64,000 nucleotides of DNA, from assembly GCA_001643675.2 (NCBI GenBank), contig LSRY02000028.1, forward strand, positions 186,001-250,000. The letters are read 5' to 3'. The position numbers and the translations under genes are program-made. Origin of the DNA: Monocercomonoides exilis PA203. Taxonomy: Eukaryota > Protista > Preaxostyla. Shown one piece after another: positions 23,501 to 34,623 of the stretch (positions are counted from its first letter, which is position 1; each line of letters opens with the position of its first letter). The notes beneath the pieces were generated by a model, which was not told the origin of the DNA, did no database searches, and was given only the letters and a program-made list of their open reading frames with translations.

Positions 23501-25599
23501 GATTGAGAATGTGAGTTTGGTGGTTGAGGAATGCCACTGGAGGCAATGGTGGTTGCATCTGTTCCATTTCCTGTGATTTTTGTATCAACTGTTGTGAAGG
23601 TGACTGTCTGAGAGGGAATAAAGGTGGAACTGAGGAGGGTGAGGGAGGCACCTTTGAAAAAATAAAAGTCATTCAAAGCATACTCGATGGTGGAGCATGG
23701 AGTTTGTTGTGGATTACCGCAAGCATCAACATCAGCACCACTGTTGGAAACAATTTTGTTCTCGCTGATTAGAAGGATCCAACCATTGTACACATCGCTA
23801 TCAGCTGTATCGTTGTTCCACACTCTTTTTGAGAAGGTTGTTGAACCACACTTCTCGAATGGTGATTTGGTAATGTTATTTCCTCTGAAGAACACATCAT
23901 TTCCTCTTCCATTTGTCGCTGTATTTCCATCGAAGAAGCAGTAAGCGATGAATTTCACTCCATTCATCCAGGAATATGGCGGAAGGAAACACATTGCAGC
24001 TCCTCCATATGTGGAAGAGGCAGTCAGTTTGTTGTTAATAAATTGACAATCATCAATCAAAAATTGATTTGGTTCATTTTTTGGTGGATTATAAAATGTT
24101 AAAGAGCCAGCAGAATCACCACCAGAATTTGAAATGAACTTGCATTTGATAAACAAGAATTGACCGCTTGATGGAAAATCACCAATATAAAAATACCAAC
24201 CAGTTCCAATATTACTTGCTATAGAACAGTTTTCAACTCTATTTTCTGAAAATTTCCATAATGAGGATGAATTTGAATATCTTAAACGAGCTGCTCCTCC
24301 ATTGAACGCCGAACAGCTTGTGATATTGGATTTTGCAATATCTATTTTCGACAAATTTCCACAGAAAAATGCTCCTCCTTCCCGATTGCCCATGCACGAA
24401 CAATTGTTGAATGAACAAGAAGTGATTGTGAGATTTGCATTTGCACAATAAACATAAAGTGCACCTCCTGGCGATGATCCACCAGTTGAATTGTTCCATT
24501 CACGCCATTCGAAGCGATGACTGTTCAGATCAAAAGAATCCAATCTTCCAGGTGATTTTCTTTGAGATTCGGATCCATTATATTTAACAGGATCATTTGG
24601 AGAAGATCATGTTTGGTGAAGAAAAGAAGTGTTGAAGGCAGAGAGAGAAGTGGATGGACTATTGAGGTTGGGGAGGATGGCTCCGTCAATGGGGTTGTGA
24701 GTGTGGAGGAAGATGGTTGAGTGGATGAAGAGGGATGAGTGAAGAGAGAAAGAGGGGATTGTATTGGCATTGGTGTTGATGTTGGTGGAAAAGGAAGAAG
24801 AGGAAGAGGTGGTTGAGATGAATGAATTGAGTGAGTGGGAGGGAAGGGATGGAAGAGATGGATGAGGTTGGGGAGAGGAGATGTTTGAGAAGAGGGTGTT
24901 TGAGAGATGGAGATTGAGATGGATTTGGAGGTGGGTATGGGATTGGTGATGGATATGGAGAGGGGAAGGGGAAGAGGAAATCGATGGGGAAAGGGAAAAG
25001 GAAGGGGAAGGGGAAGAGAGGGAAGAAGGAGAAAAAAGGAAGGGCTGAGGGAGGTATATGAAGGAGGAGAAAAAGGAGTGGGAGATGAAGAAGGAGGCAG
25101 GGATTGGGGAGTGGGTGTCTGGGATGAGATTGTTTGGGGTGGAGAAGAGGGGGAAGGAGAAGATGGCAAGTTGAGGGGTGGTGAAGGAGAAGTTTGTGAG
25201 GGAGAGGGAGGCATGGGTAGAGATGAAAAGTGGAGATTTGGTTGCTGGGTTGACTTGGTAAATGGATGAGAAGATTGCGGCAGCTTAGTGGTATTGGGCA
25301 GTGAGGAGTGGACAGCCAATGAGAGGCGCTAACGTGAGATAGGCCACACACAAGGAGGTGTTGATGATAGCAAGATTTGTTTCAGCGCAACATAACCGAT
25401 TGACAGTCGCATTCCCAATCACATCACTTCTAATGGAAAAATTATTGTTAACATTACCACCTTCATCTTTAACGTTGATACAATCTTTTTGAATCTCCCT
25501 ATTCATTTCTTGTTGTATTTGCCTTTCTGCAATTACTCTGCAACTGCAGCTGTGGAGAACAAGCAATAACAATGCAACAAAATGGAGTGCAGCTTTCAT
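17560..25599 (-). pseudogene. Giant single-pass receptor-like gene: signal peptide, beta-helix-like ectodomain, TM helix and degenerate tyrosine-kinase-like C-lobe; five in-frame stops
   Basis: ORFs starting at 25599, 24543, 21744 and 18384 share one frame. Signal peptide MKAALHFVALLLLVLHSCSC; repeated GGA/CG...PC motifs; TM WPIIVVVLIAILVVVFVGFVVFVVRW; kinase remnants LRWKAPE, VFSIGIMLWECLTLQIPF and RPML. Stops at 25285, 24607, 21844, 21790 and 18400. Confidence 0.8.
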
Positions 25600-26185
25600 G
25601 TTCGCTGAGCACCTCGCTATGGATGTGGATGAAAGAAAAAACGAAAATAAAAACCGCCTGCACCCTTTATTAATAATAAATACAATGGAAGAATGGGTAA
25701 AAATTATTTGCTTTATAAATTTAGTTCCTTTGGTTTTTATCTTATATTTTTCTCAATTTCAATTAATTTCAATATTTTTTTTGTGCAAAAATGCAAGAAT
25801 TATCATTGCATAATTGCTGAAAAAGTTTGGAACAATTCTTTGTTTTTACAAAAAATATAAAAATTCAACCCAAATATGTTTGAATCTCCAAGTTTTATTT
25901 TAAAAAATGTGAAAAAGCAATGCACTGATTTTCCTCTCAATTTTTATTAATTTGATGCTTTCGTACAACAAATGCTTTACTTAAAAAAATGTCTGCCAAA
26001 TGATTGTATTTTCAGTTTTTGAATGTTATTGAATCAAAGAACAAATATAATCAATCACAAACTCATTGCAGAGTATTATTCAAAAAAAAAAAAAAATGAC
26101 TCACAATGATGTTTACAACATAAACCCACTCAAAAAATTGATTAAAGAAATAATTTTTAAGAAGAATTCTAAATACAGCAAATAT

Positions 26186-28465
26186 TTATTCCAGAACAAG
26201 TGTTTCAAGGAATTTCCCTTGGTGAAGCTTCAGTTCTGTCATTGCACGATCGCGAATTCCTTCTGGTGTAAGGTGGAAGTGGTTGTAAACATGCTTTTCT
26301 GGGCAAGACACGCCAAATGTATTAATGCCCATTTGGCAGTGGGAGAACTCGCACCAGCAGTTGGTAAGGCCAGCCTCCACAGACATCACAAGCTCCGATG
26401 AGCAAGGCGCATTGCAAGTGCACCCGAGGATAGAGGCACGATATGCAGCAGGTTGTTCGCGGAAGAGCTCCATGCATGGAACAGACACAACACGCACAGA
26501 TTTCACAGAAGAAGCCAACAGCTTCGCTGCCTCGATGCTCAGATGCACCTCTGACCCTGTCGAAAGAATGGTGATGCTCTGCCCATCAAAAGGCGCTTGT
26601 GTGTCTGCTGCTGGCTGAGCTCCGGACTGGTACACAACATAAGCACCCTTCTCAACTCCCTCTTCCTCTTTTGAGCCTTCGAGCTGAGGAAGATTTTGGC
26701 GAGAAAGAGCAAACACAGTTGAGCGGCCATCCTGGCGGACTGCTGTTGCATATGCACCAGCTGTCTCCTTGCCATCAGCTGGACGCATTACAAGCAGATT
26801 CGGAAGGGCACGAAGTTGAGTGAGCGTCTCAATGGGCTGATGAGTTGGACCGTCTTCGCCAACACCGATGGAGTCGTGTGTGAAGACAAACAGAACACGC
26901 AGATGAGACAAAGCAGACAGACGGATGGCTCCAAATGCATATGGAGCAAAGACGAGGAAGGTGGACACAAAAGGAATGTATCCCTTGCAAAACGAGGCAA
27001 TTCCATTTCCAATGGCACACATGGCGTGCTCGCGAATGCCAAATGCGATGTTTCTTCCTGAGAAATCTCCTTTCTTCATAATCGGCGATCCTTTCACTGA
27101 TGCAAGTGTCGACCCAAGCAAATCTGCTGATCCTCCCACAATTTGTGGTACCTTCTCTGCCAACGCTGCCATCACAAGCTCAGAAGACTTTCTTGTGGCT
27201 TCTGGCTTTCCTCCTTCGCTTTCTGGCTTGTATTTGGGAAGAGCATCTCTCCAGCCAGCTGGAAGCTCTCCTTTAATGAACAACTGTTGCAGCGCTTCTC
27301 CTTCTGCTTTGTATTCTTCGCAGTACTTCGCGAAAAGTGCGTCCCACTCCTTTTTCGCAGACTGTGCGCGAGGAACAACTTTCTCAGAATAAAATTTCTT
27401 CACCTCTTCTGGAATGAAATACTTCTTCTTTGGATCAAAGCCCCATTCTCCTTTCAGTCTTTCAATGTCTTCTTCACCAAGTGGCGATCCGTGGACTTTC
27501 GATGTTCCCTGAAGCTTTGCTCCAAATCCGATTGTTGTATGAACAGCAATCAGATGAGGTTTGCCTCCACAGCTGTTTGTGGAAGGTGTTGCAGACGATG
27601 ATGAACTGCATCCGCAACTGTTGCTCTTTGCTCTTTCAATCGCTTGAAGAATACTTTGCATATCTGAGTCTCCATTTTCCACGCTTTGAACATCCCATCC
27701 ATATGCCTCAAAGCGCTTTTTCACATCTTCTGAAAATGAAATTGTTGTTGGACCATCAATTGTAATTCCATTATTATCGTATAAAACAATCAAATTGTCC
27801 AATCCAAGGGTTCCGGCAAGAGAGCAAGCTTCTGATGCTACGCCTTCTTGTAAACATCCATCACCACAGAAGACAAATACGTTAGAATTAAAAATATCAT
27901 AATTTGGTTTGTTATATGTAGCGGCAAGATGCTTTTCTGCAATAGCAAGACCAACAGCAGCAGAAATTCCTATGTTTAAGGAGATGATCGAAAAAAAAAA
28001 TTTTGAACTCTTGTTAAAAATTTAAAAATAAACCATTTCCAAGTGGTCCTGTTGTAACTTCAACTCCTGGAACATGCAACGACTCTGGATGCCCTGCAAG
28101 GCGCGAGCCATATGATCTGAACGTTTGCAATTCATCCTCAGTGATGCCATATTGGCATAAATGCAACATGGAGTAAATCAAAGAGCTTGCGTGCCCATTT
28201 GAAAGTACAAAGCGATCTCTGTTAATCCATGCCGGATCGTGGGGATCAAATTTTAAAACACGAGAAAATAATGTATGCGCCATTGGAGCCATACCCATTG
28301 GCGCTCCAGGATGTCCCTGAGTTTTTATATTAAAAGCACAAAAAAAAGTAAATTCACCGAAACAGGACTTTCAAAACACACAGATTTTGGTTTTTGCACA
28401 ATATCAGCACAAAGCAGTCTAATGGTGGAAACGGCAAGTTTATCTATATCTGAGAACTGTTCCAT
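26186..28465 (-). CDS. TKT: Transketolase; exons 28465-28382, 28316-28034, 27969-26186
   Basis: Motifs SGHPGAPMG, RDRFVLSNGHAS, GHPE, TTGPLG, GDGCLQEG (TPP-binding), YDNNGITIDG, HGSPLG, GGSADL, FGIREHAM and THDSIGVGEDGPTHQPIE. Introns 28317-28381 and 27970-28033. Confidence 0.98.
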
Positions 28466-28827
28466 TTTTGTTCTAAATAATTTCTATTTGAAGAATAATA
28501 CAAAAGATCTTAAAAACTCTTTTGAACTTTCGAAATTTTCTCAGATATCAACAAAAAAATAATCAAAGTTTTTGTATTTGCTATCTTCATTATTATGGAT
28601 TTCCAACGATAAAAAAGTAAACTAAATTTATTTTTAAAAATAAAGTGAAATTAAAAGAAAAAAAAGAAAAATGAATCAGAAAATTGAAATTAAAAATATC
28701 AGGGAAAAAAAATAAATATTGTAAGAATGCTTGCCAAAAAATGAAAATGAAAAGCCGTCCACAATCATAAAAAAATAAAAGTTATAATGCATTTTTTTGT
28801 GATAAAATTTTGAAGCTGATTCTTTGC

Positions 28828-30329
28828 TTACTCTTGCTTCATCTGAGACTGCTCATTCATGTCCATTTCAGAGCTTGTGACCTGTGTCTCTCCATCTGAA
28901 TTCATTTGCCCCATCATCTGCATTCCCTCACCAGAAACCATCATCGGGGCCTGCTGTTGCTGCTGCATTTGTGACATTTGCCCTTGTTGCGCCATCATCG
29001 CTGCCTGCTGTGCAAACAACATCTGCTGATACTGCTGCATCATTTGTGGGTCCATCTGCATCATCATCTGCGGTGTCATCATCGGCGCCCCCATATCAAA
29101 GTCCTGCAGATATTGCGATTTCCTTCCTCTTTTGAACTGAGGACGTGAAAGCTGTTGTTGTTGCTGCTGCCGCTGCGCTTCGGTCATTCCTCTTCTTCTC
29201 TTCATGCCCATTCCAGGCATTCCATTACTGCCCTCTTCTCCGCCTTCTCCTCCTTCTCCCATTCCGTCTTCTTCACCATCACCAGGAACCGCGCCTGCAG
29301 TGCCAGAACCCATCGCGTCAAGTCCAATGCCCATTCCGTCATCTTCTTCGTCTTCTCTCTCACGCGCAACGTGCTTCACTCCAACTGTCATTGCTTGAAG
29401 TCGCAATTTCATTCGTTCTGCGATTAACGTCGTTGGATCTGTAATTCCATGTGTCATGGATTGTAACATATAGCTTTCATGTTTCACTATTTCTTCTGCA
29501 ACTGTTGGAGCGAGGATATCAGGGCGAACAAGTTCTTCAATTGTTGAACTTTCAACTCCATTGTCCTTTGCCTCTTGAAGTGCAACAATTTTTGCACGTT
29601 CATAAGATTCTTTTGCCCTTTGTATTTCCAAAAAGTCAACATTGGTAGCTACGCCATTAGAAGTAAGCCATTCCGCAGGCACAGATGCCGATATTTCTTC
29701 GTCTGGCAATGTAGATGGAGGTCCTGGAGTATACATAACGGCTGTGTATGCAAAGGCTTTATGCATGACGCGAAGATCTCTTAAAGCAAAGAATGCATCT
29801 GTCGCATTTAGTGCGATCAATTCTCTTGAAAGGCTTTGAAGCTCCTGCATGACAGCTACAAAAAATAATATCAGAAAAACGTTAAATGTCAATCATTAAT
29901 CATAAATATCCTTTAATATGCACAAAGCAATGATAAAATTTCAAACTATCATCAATCTTGATCAAAACTCTTTCTCCTTTGCGGGTCAAAAATAACGAAT
30001 ATAAGCCAAAAATTGCTCCAACACGAACATAAGATGGTTGTCCTTGAATAAAGAGGAAATCTAACGGAAAAAAATAATTACAAAAATATTAATAATCATA
30101 TACAACAAAGAAAACATATACCTATAAATATTCTATAAAGCTCCTGCATAAAATCGTCATCATCCACATCTTCTGGCTTTGAATCATGGATGAAAGTAAA
30201 TTTCATGTCCGCCCAAACAGATTTAAACGAGGCGAACGAAAAGTCATTCATTCTCCCAAATAAAATTATAAGTTTTCTGCAATTTTCAACATAAGCTGGC
30301 TTCAATCGCTTGAAAGTCGGGTTCCACAT
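28828..30329 (-). CDS. SNAPC1: snRNA-activating protein complex subunit 1 (SNAP43)-like; introns 30061-30121 and 29856-29946
   Basis: Spliced N-terminus NCRKLI..F......F.SFKSVWADMKFTFIH...VRVGAIFGLYSLFLT...I.ID...DAFFALRDLR...AFAYTA matches the SNAPC1 domain pattern. Gln/Met-rich tail. Confidence 0.75.
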
Positions 30330-31670
30330 AAATGGAATATAAAAAATGATCGAAGGCGTAATAGCATTTATTAGATCAAAAATGTCAAAAAAGAAATTAT
30401 GCATTTCTAAAGATCATAATTTTTTGTATATGATTGAAATTGTTATCAAAAATGCAACATAGGGGAAAAATGCATAGTAAAGCCTTTTTGATCATAAAAA
30501 AACACTTTCAAAAAAAATAAATCAAAATGCGTAATGATTTTGTTTTGTGAAAGAAAAGTTTGTCCTTGTATTTATGAATGAATTTTCTTTCTTTTGTCCA
30601 TTAAATCCATTTTTAACATTATCAAATTGAATTTAATGAAAATAACAAATTTTAAATCTGCATTTGAAAATGTTATGAAAAGAAATTTTCTTTCGAACAT
30701 ACAGATATAACATAAACATCTAAAACGATACAATATAATATATATTGAATACTATAATAAGAAATGTCATCTAAAATAAATAACCACTTTTAATGTTCAT
30801 TCAGAATTTCTTTTTCGAACAATTGCTTCTCTCTTTTGAATGTGTAACCTTGTTTTACAATTCTTAAATTAATTTTCTAAAAGTTTATGAACTTGCTTGA
30901 TTCAAACATTCTTAAATATGCAGATGAAAGCATTTCATTTCCCAAATAAGAAGTTGAAATCATGTAATTGCATATTCAGAGATTGTTCATGCTTTGGGAG
31001 GAAATGTTTAATTCAGAAGATTTTTTACTTTGGGAAATACAAAAACTTTGAAAATGTTCCTTAAATTTTGTTGCTTTCAAAATTGGAAATTTCTTCAGGG
31101 AACTATTGTTCAAATTGTCTTTATCAGTAGAATTGAACTGAAGTTTCTTCAATCATCCATTTCTTCAAGGGATTTCTGCTTTTTTCATCAATTTTCATTT
31201 TTGATTTTATCATGAAATTTTAATTCATTTTTTGTCAATGTCATGTCGAATGGTATTGATTATATATAGGTTCAATTATGGTGAAAGCGATAATTCTTTA
31301 ACATTTTGGAAAAAAAACGACTTCTCATGCAAAGAAATCAATTAAAAAAAATTGGCAATCTTGTTTGGATGCAAAAATTGTCAGAGAATCTTATTCAACA
31401 TAATAAGCTCTCCACCAGCATGAAATATTAGTATATGATTTTTGATGCATATGAATACAAATTGTCAAATTGCTAATAAAAAGAGAAACAAAACTGGTTT
31501 TAATTAAAATAGAAAAAATTATGTTTCATGAAAAGGAATGCATATATTATTTTGTTATCAGAGTTACAAATGCATTTTCTAATAATTAGTTCAACAATAA
31601 GTTTATTTCTTTAATTCAGATTTTTCATAACCTTTACAAAAATATTGACTTCACATAAATTGTTTTTAAG

Positions 31671-32845
31671 ATGCAAACAGTGAAGCCATTCACAATAGAA
31701 TGTCTTGAAAAGAAAGTTAGATTGGATCGTAGGCAGTTTTATGAGCGAAGAGCAACTAAAGTGTTTTTTGATAAAACAAACAATCATTCTGAAGTTTATA
31801 TGGGAAAAACAAAGTATGCATTGTTTAAATCAAAATTATGCAATGTTTTCTTGTGTTTACGTTTAGAGTTATTTGTGCGGTTACTGGAAGGATGTCGACT
31901 CCAAAGAAAGAAAGACCTTCAGATGGACAAATTCATGTGAAAGTTCACTTCAGTCCGCTTAGTTCACCTGAATATGATTTGGGGAGGTATTAAGCAAATG
32001 ATATATTTGAATGAAATATTTAAGAGTTTATTAATGACATTTTTTAAAATCCCATGTCAATTTAGATTATCTGTGCGCTGTTTAGAGATTGCGAGGATTG
32101 TTGAACGAGGTATTCGAGAAAGCGGATCCATAAGTACAAGAGCATTGTGCGTTTTAGCAACTGTTCATGTTTGGGACATTGATGTAAATATTCATATCAT
32201 TGATGATTGCGGAAACGTTATTGATGCTTCTCTTCTGGCAGCCTTTGCAGCACTTCTCAACTTTAAAAAACTGCGGACATCAATTGTTTCTGATAAGCTG
32301 ATAGTGGTTTGATTGCGCATGGTAGTACTTTTCATATTTGAACTTTATTTTATTGATTCAGCATCCTGCCTCAGAGCTTAGACCAGTTCCACTCACTCTT
32401 CTCCACGTTCCTGTGTCTACAACTTTCGCCTTGTTTTCTTCTCCGTTTGCTTCTTTTTTTTTCTATTTATAAGAAAAATAGCTTATACAATTTTGTAAAC
32501 ATAATCTAATAAAACTTCTTGTAAATTTCAGGTTTGCAGCTCTTTTGGATCCAACGGAGGAAGAAGAAAAAGTTGCGGATGGCTTTATTACTATTATAAG
32601 CAATTCAAGACGAAAGATCTGTGGAATTGAGAAATCTGGAGGACCTGCTCTAAGTCCGATACAAATACTTGAAATGAGCCGTATTTCCATTTCCAATGCA
32701 ATTCACTTCCACCGAATCCTTACACAGACAAAATATTTCCCCGAGGAAAGGTGTGCTTGATGAGTAAAATTATTTTATATTAACGATGAATAATTAATTT
32801 AGAAACAGTGAAGGGATAACTTTGGACATTCCTCTTCCAGAATGA
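31671..32845 (+). CDS. RRP45: Exosome complex component RRP45 (RNase PH family); multi-intron
   Basis: Motifs RLDRR, V.MGKT|RV, ERPSDG, FSPLSSP, IARIVER.IRES, LCV....VW.I.V.IHIIDDCGNVIDA..LA..AAL..FK, PL.L.HVP and LDPTEEEE. Confidence 0.88.
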
Positions 32846-33435
32846 AGAGAATACACTTCTCACTTCACTGCAAAGATGTTGAACTCCAAAAGGAAAGACA
32901 AATGGATTTTCATTTCATAAATTTTTGTTATCATTTCACTTTTTCCAACTCGCATTTTCATCCAGAAAAACAATTTACAATCAACTAAAAACAACTTTAA
33001 ATACATGTTTTTGAGAGGAAAACCTTTTTTGAGGATGTTTGAAGATTTTTGTCAAATTCAAAAAAGAAAATTGAACAATTATTTATGATTAAATAATGAT
33101 TGTGATTAAATTGAAAAATGAAACTGTTGACAATTATTACTAAGTGGTGTGAGATGTACGAAATGTTAAAAAATTTATGTCCACAAAAAACGACACGATT
33201 TCTCTCTCTTGACTATTTCATTTAATGAGAAAATAATTATTTTTTTTGTTCCTATTTATTGGTTTTTTTCTTTTGAGCACGAAAAAACTCACATCTGATA
33301 AAGATGTTGTTCTAAAAAATATTTAAAAATGAATTTCAAACATGCAGGATAGAAGACACTTTTCTTTTATTAACTTATGTCAAAAATAGTTCATACATTT
33401 TTGTGAACCCAAAATATAATTTGTGAAATATATAA

Positions 33436-34283
33436 ATGAATTTCGAAGGAGACGACGCGCCCATTCCATCTCGCGGAAAAGGTAAAAGGCAAAAAAAGCA
33501 AAAAGGAAAAGTTGAAGAATCAGGTGATGCGTTTTCTTCAACTGCAGATCAGGATTATCGGCAATCTCAAAGTGGAAACGGCTGGGCAGGTGGAGATGAT
33601 GAACCCCAGCAAAAATTGCATGAGACAACTTCTGTAACATATGTTGATCAAAGTTTGTGATTAATATTCGCGAATTGCTCATCATCTTTTTTTAGCCGAT
33701 AATTTTGCTGTTGCTCTTCAGGATGGTGATGACATTACAAATCAGGTTTGCCACAAATGAATTAATCTTTATATATTTTATTTCGCCTTTTAATATAATA
33801 TTTTGTTGTGCAAAGGTTGCTGAAGCACCAGCTGTACATCAACAAAAAATACACACTTTGAATGAATTGAACAGCTTAATAACTTCTGCTCAGCCAATTC
33901 AAATGGTATATTTTTCCTTTATTTCGTTTGTTTTGCGATATGCGTATTGTTTATTTGTGATTTAATTTATTTATTGTTCTCAGAGTTCTGGAGGCGTCAA
34001 TATGTCGGTTCTAATTTCTTCAATTTTTCCACCAGACCTTGTTGAAGAATATGATGAACCATGGGATCATTCAACTTTATTAAAAGATATAACGCAAGAA
34101 ATGCAATCCGAAAAAACTTCTGGTGAGAGTTCCTTATCTCATTCAAAGGGAGCATCCTCTTCTCAAGCAAAATTGCTTTCTTCAACAGCTTCTTCAAAAT
34201 CATTGACGGATTCTTCATCAAATTTGCGTGCAGGCCCTCCTCGTTTTACACAAACAATGATTGCAGGAAAGCCTCCGATATGA
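33436..34283 (+). CDS. IFT43: Intraflagellar transport protein 43 (IFT-A); multi-intron
   Basis: N-terminal GWAG; spliced DDITNQ|VAEAPAV....I.TLNELN; C-terminal VNMSVL...IFP...VEEYDEPWDH..LL.DITQEM fits the IFT43 pattern. Confidence 0.75.
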
Positions 34284-34623
34284 ACATGCTCGAATATATT
34301 AAAGTCATATTAAAATAATTGATTTGTAACAAAAGATAATTTAAAAAGAAAGAACGTATCACCGAAAAAATAGTTGTAACGTAAAAACTGTTTTAAATCA
34401 TATCAATCAGATAGTCATGAAACAATTGAACATAAAGCGAATAAAAACACGAAAAATAACAAATCATAACTGGGGAAAAAAATAATAATAAATAAATAAA
34501 AATAAAAAAAAATAAATAAAATAAAAATAAAAATTCTAAAAATACCAAAATCAAGAGGGTTATTATTTTTTTTTTATAAAAAACATAAATAGTTATTCAG
34601 AATAATCAGTGCCAATGATCCAT

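Noticed and set aside
59-25287. In-frame TAA/TAG as evidence of a TAR=Gln genetic code, as reported in some oxymonads
   Set aside because: TAA and TAG end conserved genes here (transketolase, CSN5, VPS52, serine dehydratase). Conserved genes have no internal TAR. The internal stops include TGA and appear to replace different amino acids.
24525-25351. Pro/Ser-rich 264-aa and Leu/His-rich 221-aa ORFs as independent genes
   Set aside because: They are alternative frames of the G-poor tract. The third frame is the one continuous with the signal peptide and the downstream ectodomain.
30400-31660. AT-rich gap with traces of decayed coding-like sequence
   Set aside because: I could not support any motif, repeat or terminal structure.
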